Shown here: positions 1-8,363 of the stretch, piece after piece
Layout of the letters: each line of letters opens with the position of its first letter
Numbering within the stretch: position 1 is the first letter of the stretch
Assembly: GCA_048941265.1 (NCBI GenBank)
Contig: JBHLNT010000058.1
Location: 1 to 24,071 of the forward strand
Source of the DNA: Promethearchaeota archaeon
GTDB taxonomy: Archaea > Asgardarchaeota > Lokiarchaeia > Sigyniarchaeales > SOKP01
Reading direction: 5' to 3'
DNA length: 24,071 nt
Translations under genes and position numbers: made by a program
Notes under the pieces: generated by a model
What the model was told of the DNA's origin: nothing
The model's input: the letters and a program-made list of their open reading frames with translations, nothing else
The model's database searches: none

Positions 1-131
1 ATTTATATAATTTTATTTTAATTAGATTTATCTATAAAAAAACAAGATTATTAACAATTATCATATAATTTAATAAGATTTAAATTCAAAAAACATAAAA
101 AAATAAAGGATTTTCATTAAAAAAAAAGAAT

Positions 132-791
132 ATGGGTATAATAATAATGGAACCTATCAAAATATTTGTAACAGGATTTTTTAATTCTGGGAAAAGTACA
201 TTAATTCATACTCTTGATCAAAAAGCGATACATGTAGAAAAAGAATTAAGTAAAGCATTTAATGAGGAAAAAACAACTACAACAACAGGTTTTGATTTAG
301 GTAGGCTAGTATGGGCAAGACCAAATTTAGAATTTGAAACAGAAGGAGTTTTAATGAGTAAAACCGAGTATTTGCGAGATAAAGATGAATATTTGGGATG
401 GTATTTAAAATATGTTGAACTAAAAGGGAGTCCAGGTCAAACTCAATTTTCAGCAGTTCGTAAAATCCTCGCGAAAGGCAGTAATGGAGTTATCCTTTTA
501 ATTGATGGCTGCGATTTAGCAAATATCGGAAATGGATTAGTAGTTTTTGAAGAGATTAAAATAGTTTTAGGAGCTGATATTCCTATGAAAATTATTGCTA
601 ATAAATCCGATAGAGAAGATTTTCATGGATGTGAAATGATTTCAAATATGATAGGTGAGACAGTATACGAGGGTTCGGGCAAATATAGTATAGGTGTAAA
701 GGATGCAATAATAGAATTACTTAAAATTATTTTAAATGCTCCAAATAAGAATAATGTTAAAGAAAAGGAGGTTATTGCCGAAAATGGCTAA
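132..791 (+). CDS. MglA-like small GTPase (copy 1) with ~30-aa insert between G2 and G3
   Basis: P-loop GFFNSGKST; G2 region KTTTTTGFDLG (cf. TTTxxxDFG of MglA/CvnD-type GTPases); G3 GSPGQTQF (cf. GTPGQxRF); G4 NKSD; coupled to a Roadblock gene. Alternative start ATG 147. Confidence 0.88.
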   Translation: MGIIIMEPIKIFVTGFFNSGKSTLIHTLDQKAIHVEKELSKAFNEEKTTTTTGFDLGRLVWARPNLEFETEGVLMSKTEYLRDKDEYLGWYLKYVELKGSPGQTQFSAVRKILAKGSNGVILLIDGCDLANIGNGLVVFEEIKIVLGADIPMKIIANKSDREDFHGCEMISNMIGETVYEGSGKYSIGVKDAIIELLKIILNAPNKNNVKEKEVIAENG

Positions 792-1233
792 TTTAAGAGA
801 AAGAGATATTATTGAAATCTTAAAAAATTTTAGAGAAAAAACAAATGTATTAAATTCCACTATATTTAGTGAAGATGGTTTAATCATCGCATTAGATCAA
901 GCACATCTCAATGAGGATGAAGATCAACATATTTCATTCGGAGCTATATGCGCAGGAATTATTGCCTTGGCTGAAAATGGTCTTGAGACAATTAAAGATG
1001 ACAATGATATAAAATGTATCTCAATTCAGGCGGGAGATCATCTAGATAATGAAGGTTTTATAATCATTCTTCAATCTATTACGCAAATTATTAAGTTATC
1101 AGTTATATTTCCAGCATTTTTGAACCTTGGGATTATTAATTTTGAATTGAAACAAACTGTACAAAAATTATCAAAATATTTTTTAAGTGTTGAGCAAAAT
1201 ATAACATCTGAGGGTGTCAATACTTTAATTTAA
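784..1233 (+). CDS. Roadblock/LC7 (MglB-like) protein (copy 1)
   Basis: STIFSEDGLIIA ... FGAICAGIIALAE ... NLGIINFE Roadblock pattern. Start moved from 736 to ATG 784: ATGGCTAA overlaps the GTPase stop exactly as ATGGTTAA does in the paralog at 19458-19465. Confidence 0.85.
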   Translation: MANLRERDIIEILKNFREKTNVLNSTIFSEDGLIIALDQAHLNEDEDQHISFGAICAGIIALAENGLETIKDDNDIKCISIQAGDHLDNEGFIIILQSITQIIKLSVIFPAFLNLGIINFELKQTVQKLSKYFLSVEQNITSEGVNTLI

Positions 1234-1283
1234 TTAATTAAAAGCTAGAATCTTTTTAATAAATAAAAATTGAGGGACTTAGT

Positions 1284-2780
1284 CTGGAAACAAATGCATA
1301 TAAAATTAGCTATGGTGAAAAAAATGATTTAGAAAATATTAAGATTAAAAATCTATATCATAATAATCCGGAAACTAGGAGAAAGACTGCATTATCTTTA
1401 GAAAAAAATGCAGATACTAAAATAATTATACCCCTACTAAACACTTATTTTCATAATTCTTCGTATATAATTCCAGATATAATAGGGAGTTTTGGAAAAG
1501 AAGCTATAGAAATATTGTGGAAAACTGCTATGAATAAAGAAATTAAAACAAGAGTAAGATGCTACGCAATTGAAGGTTTAGGAAAAATTAAAGATATAAA
1601 TATTATAAAATATTTGCGTGTCCTTCTAAGAGATGAGAATATCTATATTAAAAAAAGCGTTATATTAGCCCTTGCCGATATAGGGGATAAAAGTGCTGTG
1701 AATATTTTATTAGATCAATTGAATTGTGAAGAGGATTGGCTTAAATCTTTAATAGTTTGGAGCCTAGGAAAGATTAAGGACTCTCGATGTATCAATACGC
1801 TAATTGAAATGTTTTCAGAGAAAAATTTAAAGTTTGAGCTTAAAAAAAGTCTTATAATTGCTTTATCTAATTTTGGAGATAAAAGGGTAGTTAAGCTACT
1901 TATTAAGATGTTAAAGGATCAACATTCTGGTTTAGAAGATTATTTAGTGTTGGCTCTAGAGGAAATCGGAGACAGGAAAGCGTTACCGGCCATAATAAAA
2001 TTATTTTTAAATCCAATTTGGTTTTTGAAGGAACATTATAATAGTATTATTAATAAATATTGTTTAAATTTAAAATACATCTTAAATGATTACAGTTATA
2101 GGATTTATAAAAGAGATGATTTACCAACTAATCTTTTTAAAAATTTTAAAGATAAATATGAATGGCATTATGGTTATCTAAATAAATCGCATTATGTTGT
2201 TGATAAGTTCAATAAAATTTTAGGCTGTTTAAATCTAATTTTTATAAAGACATACAACAACGTATCTCTTTTTTACTGGGACACAATAGAGATTAAAGAA
2301 GATTACAGAAGAATTGGATTAGGAACAACTTTAACTGAATTTATAATTGAGAATGAAGTAAATAAATTCAAGAAATTTTATATCTTTTTATTAGTTGCTA
2401 AATGTGAACAATACAAATTAAAATTTTTTAGTACATTGGGTTTTGTTCCTATTAAATTAAGAGATACAAAGGTTGGAACACATTGCATAATGGGTTATCC
2501 TTTTGATAAAGATTCAGAAATATATTGTAGAAAATTATTTAAATTCTTTCATTGGAGAGTAGCAAAACGAGAATTTATTTCATCAGATTGTAAATATGCA
2601 TATAATCCAAATCCAACTGGTCTTTATTGGTGTACTAAAAAGAATATTTATGTTACTGGTTTAGAGAAAAAAACCTGCAAATATTATATAAAAGACAAGG
2701 AGATTTTTAATGAGAATAAGTTCCTGGATTTAAAAGATCTATTTAGTAAAAAACAAAAATATATTAAAAATTCAATATAG
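1284..2780 (+). CDS. HEAT/PBS-lyase repeat - GNAT acetyltransferase - C-terminal three-Cys domain protein (copy 1)
   Basis: Repeats such as VRCYAIEGLGKIKD, IKKSVILALADIGD, LKSLIVWSLGKIKD; GNAT acetyl-CoA motif IEIKEDYRRIGLG and FFSTLGF; C-x13-C-x14-C tail. The frame is open from 1263 and upstream of TTG 1515 encodes another HEAT-like unit (NPETRRKTALSLEK) plus YIIPDIIG matching the paralog (YIIPKIIG). Start tentatively placed at CTG 1284 after GAGGGA (1272-1277). Confidence 0.82.
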   Translation: METNAYKISYGEKNDLENIKIKNLYHNNPETRRKTALSLEKNADTKIIIPLLNTYFHNSSYIIPDIIGSFGKEAIEILWKTAMNKEIKTRVRCYAIEGLGKIKDINIIKYLRVLLRDENIYIKKSVILALADIGDKSAVNILLDQLNCEEDWLKSLIVWSLGKIKDSRCINTLIEMFSEKNLKFELKKSLIIALSNFGDKRVVKLLIKMLKDQHSGLEDYLVLALEEIGDRKALPAIIKLFLNPIWFLKEHYNSIINKYCLNLKYILNDYSYRIYKRDDLPTNLFKNFKDKYEWHYGYLNKSHYVVDKFNKILGCLNLIFIKTYNNVSLFYWDTIEIKEDYRRIGLGTTLTEFIIENEVNKFKKFYIFLLVAKCEQYKLKFFSTLGFVPIKLRDTKVGTHCIMGYPFDKDSEIYCRKLFKFFHWRVAKREFISSDCKYAYNPNPTGLYWCTKKNIYVTGLEKKTCKYYIKDKEIFNENKFLDLKDLFSKKQKYIKNSI

Positions 2781-2794
2781 GTGGGGAAAGAAAT

Positions 2795-3502
2795 TTGATT
2801 AAAGAAAATTCTTTTAAATTTGAGAATTTATTAAATGACGTTGTAATAGAATGTCCATTATGTCATACGAAAAAAAAATTAAAAATTCCTTTAAAAATTA
2901 TTAATCAAAGTAAGCAATTAACAACAATTTCTGTTCCTAAAGGATTGGTGTGCGATCATAACTTTCAAGCGTTTATAGATAAGAATTTTATTGTAAGGGG
3001 TTATCAAAAAGTCGACTTTGAACTATCAAAAATGGAATTTTATGAAAGTGGAATTAATTCAATCATTGCTGAATTAGAAAAAAAACAAAATATGGAAGAA
3101 CAAATTGTTAATCTAAGCTCTTTACCAATCTTTCAAAAGATAATAAATCTATTAAGAAATTATGTTAATAATGATGAGATTTTAGGAAGTGCTCTATTTA
3201 CAATAGAAGGAAGAGTACTTTATTCTTCTCTACCTTTGAGTACTTTGCATAATACAATTCGAGAATTTGAAGTTAGAAACGAAGAGAATTTAATTCAAGT
3301 TGAAAAATATTTTCTCGTTTTAGCAAATAAACAAAAAATTTTCTCACAGTTCATAGATATCGGGAGATTTTCTCTAATCTTAACTCTAATATTTTCTGGT
3401 AAAGTCCAACTCGGGATGGGTGATTTACATCTAAGAGAATTAAAAAAACAAATTCATAAAATAAATCTTTCCTTATCTGAAAAAAAAGGTGATAAAACAT
3501 AA
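2795..3502 (+). CDS. N-terminal Cys/His zinc-finger-like domain + C-terminal Roadblock/profilin-like domain protein (copy 1)
   Basis: CPLC ... CDHNFQAFIDKNFIVRGYQ N-terminus; ILGSALFTIEGRVLYSSLP ... QLGMGDLHL C-terminus; TTG start preceded by AGGTGGGG; close paralog at 22734-23435. Confidence 0.72.
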   Translation: MIKENSFKFENLLNDVVIECPLCHTKKKLKIPLKIINQSKQLTTISVPKGLVCDHNFQAFIDKNFIVRGYQKVDFELSKMEFYESGINSIIAELEKKQNMEEQIVNLSSLPIFQKIINLLRNYVNNDEILGSALFTIEGRVLYSSLPLSTLHNTIREFEVRNEENLIQVEKYFLVLANKQKIFSQFIDIGRFSLILTLIFSGKVQLGMGDLHLRELKKQIHKINLSLSEKKGDKT

Positions 3503-4389
3503 TTACTCCAAAAAAAAGTTTAGAAAATGTAAAGAAATGCCCAGAATGTGATGAGTTGCTGTTAGCAATCAAAGATAGATGTGAAACTATATGCAGAAAA
3601 TGTCGATTAATAATATATGATAAAAAATTCGATAATTTTCAAAATGATGAGAAACCATTTAATGAAAATGAAAGAACTAAAAGAGGGATTTCAGAAGTAC
3701 CAATTTCTTATTCATTTTCAGAGATTGAACAAAATATTCACAGTATTAGCAAGGAAATTTATAACACAGACTTAAGGCGTGCAAATAAAAAAGGCTCTTA
3801 TATGAATTGGAAAAAAAAGAATTTAATCATAGCTATTACAGAATTAAAAAGATTAGCTTCTATTTTAAATCTCCCTAATTACATAACTGAACTAGCATTT
3901 TATTTTTATAAGAAATCATTTGAAAAAAAGTTAGTAAAAGGCAGATCTATAAAAAGTATGGTTGCAGCTTGTACTTATTTTGCATGTAGAACTAAAAATA
4001 TTCCAATAACATATAGTGAAATATTAAAAGAATCTACTGAACCCAAAAAGATGTTAAAATCATGTTATAGGAGTTTAGTTAGTATGTTTAATTTAAAAAT
4101 ACCATATATGAATCCTATTTCATTTATTCCTAAGTATATTTCAAAATTAAATTTAAATTTCGAAATTGAAAAATTAACAATCAGAATCCTGAATTCTTAC
4201 TTAAAAAATGAAATTATTGATGGGAAAAATCCGAAAGGAATTTGTGCTGGTGCTCTATATCTAGCCTCAAAACTTAAGAATTATAGAATTAATCAAAAGG
4301 AGATATGCAAAATAATTGGAGTTACCGAGATAACACTGCGCTCCAGATATAAAGAAATTATGAATACTATAGATATGACATTATATTAA
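3499..4389 (+). CDS. tfb: Transcription initiation factor IIB (TFB) family paralog
   Basis: Two cyclin repeats: ELKRLASILNLP, KGRSIKSMVAACTYFACR, GKNPKGICAGALYLAS, QKEICKIIGVTEITLRSRYKE. The Zn ribbon CPEC...CRKC begins in-frame upstream of TTG 3556 (CPEC at 3538-3549). With an in-frame stop at 3493, the start must be ATA 3499, ATT 3502 or similar, after AGGTGA (3487-3492). Confidence 0.9.
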   Translation: MITPKKSLENVKKCPECDELLLAIKDRCETICRKCRLIIYDKKFDNFQNDEKPFNENERTKRGISEVPISYSFSEIEQNIHSISKEIYNTDLRRANKKGSYMNWKKKNLIIAITELKRLASILNLPNYITELAFYFYKKSFEKKLVKGRSIKSMVAACTYFACRTKNIPITYSEILKESTEPKKMLKSCYRSLVSMFNLKIPYMNPISFIPKYISKLNLNFEIEKLTIRILNSYLKNEIIDGKNPKGICAGALYLASKLKNYRINQKEICKIIGVTEITLRSRYKEIMNTIDMTLY

Positions 4390-4409
4390 AAATTAATAAG
4401 TAATAAATA

Positions 4410-5855
4410 ATGGAAAATCAAAATATACAAGAAATTGAAGCCACTGATTTTATAGAAAATTTGCCTTTTTCAGTATTTCTTTTAAATTCTGAAAAAAACA
4501 TTTTTTATTGTAATAGCATTGCGGAAATATATTTAAATAAGTCTAAGAAAGCATTATTAGGAACTAATTTTTTAAACCTTTTTTCTATAACAGAAAGCAT
4601 TCAAAAAGATTTAAATGAGATGATCTCAAATGTGATAAATTTTGATTTAAGTGAAATGTTAACGTTTAAATTCATAAATGATGATAATGAGGAAACTTGG
4701 GTTGAACTTTTCTTTTCATCTATAAACAAGAGAAATATGAAATATGTTCAAATTATTTTGCAAGATATAACTGAAAAAAAACTAGTTGAAGAAATAATTA
4801 AAGAGGAAAACATAAAATTGAGAGAACTAAATCAATTAAAAAAACAATTAACAGAACAGATTTCAGAAAATTTAAAATCTCCTTTAAATAATATTTTTGA
4901 AATATCTGAAATCCTTTTAAATTCCTATAAAGATCAATTAGATCATGATGTTCTCAGACTTTTGGAATTGATTAGAAATGGGGGAGAAAAATCATTAAAT
5001 ATGGTTGGAAAAATCTTTAATATTTCTCAAATAGAATCAGATAGTTTTGAATTAAATATGCAAACGGAAAATCTTATTGATATTATCAAAAATTCAATAG
5101 ATGAGATAAATGATAGAGCTAATTTTAAGCATATAAACTTGAATTTAAATGATATAGAAGTTTTATACTCAGAAGTAGATAAAATAAGAATCAAGCAAGT
5201 TTTTAAACATATTCTATTAAATGCTACAAATAGCGGATCTTCAAAATTAAATATATCGGTTTCGATAAATGAAATTAATTCCAATGTAGTGATCTCAATT
5301 ATTTTAAAGAATTTTAATACGAAAGTAGTAAAAACCACTTTAAACTTAAAGGTACCAAAACAAATTATTGAATTGCATGGAGGGCAATTAATTGTTAATT
5401 CTGAAAAAAAGAAAAAAAAATTAGATCTAATTATAACTATCCCTGTTAAAAATTGGAAAGATTCTCTAATCCATATCTACATTATATATAAATCTGGAAT
5501 TCCACTCTACGATTATTCTTTTATTAAAAATAAAGAAAATATTGATGCTTCTTTAATATCAGGGGGTATCATTGGTATGATTACTATTCTAAAAGCGATT
5601 ATTCAAGGTAAAAAACAAATAAAAACGATTGATCATGGTGATCGCAAACTTATGTTTGAGACTAATAAAACAAATGATATAATCTTTGTTCTTATGGTGA
5701 AAGAGGATTTAATGATATTTAGAAATAAACTCATTAGTTTAATCATAGGTTTTGACAATATTTATCAAGATTTGCTCAAAAATATTGAAAATTCCAGTAT
5801 ATTTTGTGAGAATTGGGATAAACTTCAGTTCTTAATTAATAAATATTTTAAATAA
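4410..5855 (+). CDS. PAS - degenerate histidine kinase core - C-terminal longin-like domain protein (probable pseudokinase)
   Basis: PAS/PAC ending in ILQDITEKK; H-box reads ISENLKSPL (no His); N-box degenerate (HILLNAT), no DxGxG or GxGL; IIELHGGQL retained; C-terminal IHIYIIYKSGIPLYDYSF...DASLISGGIIG...IDHGDRKLMFE resembles longin/Roadblock-type domains. Confidence 0.75.
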   Translation: MENQNIQEIEATDFIENLPFSVFLLNSEKNIFYCNSIAEIYLNKSKKALLGTNFLNLFSITESIQKDLNEMISNVINFDLSEMLTFKFINDDNEETWVELFFSSINKRNMKYVQIILQDITEKKLVEEIIKEENIKLRELNQLKKQLTEQISENLKSPLNNIFEISEILLNSYKDQLDHDVLRLLELIRNGGEKSLNMVGKIFNISQIESDSFELNMQTENLIDIIKNSIDEINDRANFKHINLNLNDIEVLYSEVDKIRIKQVFKHILLNATNSGSSKLNISVSINEINSNVVISIILKNFNTKVVKTTLNLKVPKQIIELHGGQLIVNSEKKKKKLDLIITIPVKNWKDSLIHIYIIYKSGIPLYDYSFIKNKENIDASLISGGIIGMITILKAIIQGKKQIKTIDHGDRKLMFETNKTNDIIFVLMVKEDLMIFRNKLISLIIGFDNIYQDLLKNIENSSIFCENWDKLQFLINKYFK

Positions 5856-5899
5856 ATATAAATAAATAAATAAAAAAAAATATAAAATCCTAAAAAATA

Positions 5900-6478
5900 T
5901 TGAATCATATAGTAAAAGTTAATCCTAATATTGATGAAAATCGATTAAATAATCAATTATTAATATCCTATGAATTAAGATCCTCTCTAAATATTATAAG
6001 TCTTTCATCAAAATTTCTTTTAGATTATTTTAAAGATGATATTAGGGATTGTGTTATAAAGTATATAAAAAGTATTTATGATACGTCTAAAATGAAAACG
6101 AACTTATTAGAAAACTTTCTAAATACTTCAGCATTGGAGTCTAGACGAAGTTCATTAAAATTAAAAAATGAAAATATAAGTAATATTATAGAAAACTGTG
6201 TATAAAATTTCCAAGAATTAGCTATTAAGAGAAATATTTTATTAAATATTAAAATTCCTCATAATCTATATTTTAAACATAATAAAGTTAAATTTGAAGT
6301 TAGATTAAAGAATTTATTTAACAATACGATAAAATTTACGCCACCTAATGGTCAAATATTTATTAAATCGCAAATTTGTGAGAATCACTCCGATATTATT
6401 ACTGATAATGATATTAGATTCAGGGAAAATGAAATAACCAAAACTTCATATGCTATCAGGGATAAGAGCGAAATTTAA
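5900..6478 (+). pseudogene. Degenerate sensor-less histidine kinase with in-frame TAA at 6203-6205
   Basis: H-box ISYELRSSLN (His->Tyr). Past the TAA the same frame continues NFQELAIKRNI...KNLFNNTIKFTPPNGQIFIK...ITDNDIRF (N-box and decayed G1) to TAA 6476-6478. Confidence 0.7.
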
Positions 6479-6764
6479 TTTACCTATCTCCTTTGGGAGC
6501 CTTTTAGGCACTCAATTTGTAACAATAAAAATTGGAGTTTACTATTTATAATTCTCTGTATACCAATCAGGTTCCTCAACAATTGTATATTCCTTCAACG
6601 CCATAATTACTGCATCATTATTACTTATAAATTCCTTCATGGCATCTGTATATTGTGTGATTTAAAACTTATTTTTTATAAAATTTAGTGAAAATATAAT
6701 TTTATAATACAGTATTTAGATATAAAACATAATCTGTAAATTTTTAACATTCACTTAACTTCAT

Positions 6765-7280
6765 ATGAAAAGACAAGTATTGTTGAAAACTTTAATAGCA
6801 GGGGACGGCTCTGTAGGTAAAACAACATTATGCCATAGATACATTACAGGGGAATTCATAGATACAACTACTATGACTGTTGGAGTTGACTTTTTATTAA
6901 AGGAAGTGAAGGTTTTAGATAATATATCTTGTCACCTTCAAATTTGGGATATTGGAGGTCAAGATCGCTTTAGACATATGGTTAAAGAATATATTCCTGG
7001 AGCGCGGGGTGCATTATTACTTTTCGATACAACAAATTGGACGAGTTTTGTGAATATTGATAAATGGACGCAACTTCTCAGAATATACGATAAAAAATTG
7101 CCCATAGTTCTTGTAGCAACAAAATATGATCTTAAAGAGTTTTCATTGGTGACTGATTATTACGCAGATCTTAAAAAAAAGAAGCTGAATATGATTGATT
7201 ATATTAAAACGTCTTCTAAAACTGGTTTAAATGTAGAAAAAGTTTTTGAGATTTTGGCTAAGCGATTAGTAAACAGGTAA
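6765..7280 (+). CDS. Rab/Ras-superfamily small GTPase
   Basis: G1 GDGSVGKTT, G2 TVGVDF, G3 WDIGGQDRF, G4 TKYD, G5 TSSK; no C-terminal prenylation cysteines. Confidence 0.93.
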   Translation: MKRQVLLKTLIAGDGSVGKTTLCHRYITGEFIDTTTMTVGVDFLLKEVKVLDNISCHLQIWDIGGQDRFRHMVKEYIPGARGALLLFDTTNWTSFVNIDKWTQLLRIYDKKLPIVLVATKYDLKEFSLVTDYYADLKKKKLNMIDYIKTSSKTGLNVEKVFEILAKRLVNR

Positions 7281-7432
7281 TGGCAGCTTTTCCTATGAAT
7301 GATATTTCATAAATAAAAGAAAATTTAATAAAATTCCAAGCAGACTTTTTACGAATTAAATTATTCTTATGATTAATTTATTCATTTTTTTAAAATCTTA
7401 TCCTCCACGAGCATGGATTAAAATTACGCCTA

Positions 7433-8221
7433 TTATTTATATTTTTCAATGAAATCCTTTAACGGACCAAAGTATTCGTCTTGAAATGAAAAGATATTAT
7501 TATGTCCTGCACCTTCAATCATTATTAATTTTTTATCAACTCCTACTGGTAGAGCATTGAAAATTACTTCAGCTTCGCTATTCGGGATGATCCAATCCAT
7601 AGTGCCATGAATAACCAAAGTAGGCTTTTGAAATTTTTCTATTCTTGTATCGTTAGAATATTGTTTAATAATTTCACGAGTTTCATCAGGAACGGGTATC
7701 CTAAATGACCTTGTCATCATGTTATAAACACTCCCAAATCCCGATTCAAAAATAATACCATGCACGTCTTTAGGGTTATGAGATCCAATTTCAGATGCGC
7801 ATACACTTCCGAGTGAGCGACCCTGTACAAATATAGAGCTATTTATGCCGTTCTCATCGATCCATTTTTTGAATTCATTATAGACTGGTAATGCGTCTGT
7901 TATCAAGCTGCTATATTTAGGTCTTCCAGAACTATGTCCATAACCTCTAAAATCGGCTACCGCTAAATTCACACCACAATCAAAAAATAAGTCGATAAAA
8001 TAATGATATTCCAGAGCAACTTCACCATTTCCATGAAACAATAAAATTGAAGGGAGATTTTCATCTTGTAGGAAATAATATCCTCCAATAAGGATATCTT
8101 CAGTAATTTGAAAATTCAGTACTTTGATATTTTTAGGTAAATCAGAGGGAATTGAAGTTTCTCGAGGGTAAAAAACGACATTAGATATTCTCGGATCATC
8201 AATAAACAATTCTTTGTCCAT
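7433..8221 (-). CDS. Alpha/beta-fold serine hydrolase (ABHD13/ABHD17/Bem46-like motif set)
   Basis: LLFHGNGE, DFRGYGHS, nucleophile GRSLG, IHGTMD, GAGHNN (Ser-Asp-His triad). ATG 8221 preferred over TTG 8260. Confidence 0.9.
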   Translation of the reverse strand: MDKELFIDDPRISNVVFYPRETSIPSDLPKNIKVLNFQITEDILIGGYYFLQDENLPSILLFHGNGEVALEYHYFIDLFFDCGVNLAVADFRGYGHSSGRPKYSSLITDALPVYNEFKKWIDENGINSSIFVQGRSLGSVCASEIGSHNPKDVHGIIFESGFGSVYNMMTRSFRIPVPDETREIIKQYSNDTRIEKFQKPTLVIHGTMDWIIPNSEAEVIFNALPVGVDKKLIMIEGAGHNNIFSFQDEYFGPLKDFIEKYK

Positions 8222-8293
8222 TTTTAAACATAATCTCAGTTCCTTAAATAATTTGCTCAATTGACATTAAAGATTTTCACAATAATGTAAAGA

Positions 8294-8339
8294 TTTATAA
8301 ACAAGGTCATCTCTTTATTACTTACTTCAAAATCCAATA
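8294..8339 (+). promoter_or_regulatory. Putative promoter/leader conserved upstream of tandem paralog A
   Basis: TTTATAA (8294), ATCTCTTTATTA (8309) and AATCCAATA (8331) recur at a constant +479 offset before the next paralog. Confidence 0.55.
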
Positions 8340-8363
8340 AATTAAATAAAAGTATAATTAGAA

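Larger units (their letters stand above)
132..6205 (+). repeat. Segmental duplication, copy 1 (paralogous to 18791-24071)
   Basis: Same order and orientation of seven homologous genes or remnants, with many synonymous differences. Confidence 0.9.

Noticed and set aside
736-783. N-terminal extension of the Roadblock ORF (MLQIRIMLKKRRLLPK)
   Set aside because: Lies inside the GTPase gene; the paralog starts at the position equivalent to 784.
3351-3572. 73-aa minus-strand ORF
   Set aside because: Antisense to two well-supported genes; no motifs.
5027-5338. 103-aa minus-strand ORF
   Set aside because: Antisense shadow of the PAS-pseudokinase gene, with F/I/L/S-rich composition typical of shadows.
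6488-6509. Two tiny hairpins (CTCC-TTTG-GGAG, GCCT-TTT-AGGC) as a possible structured RNA or terminator
   Set aside because: 4-bp stems are expected by chance; no second copy seen.
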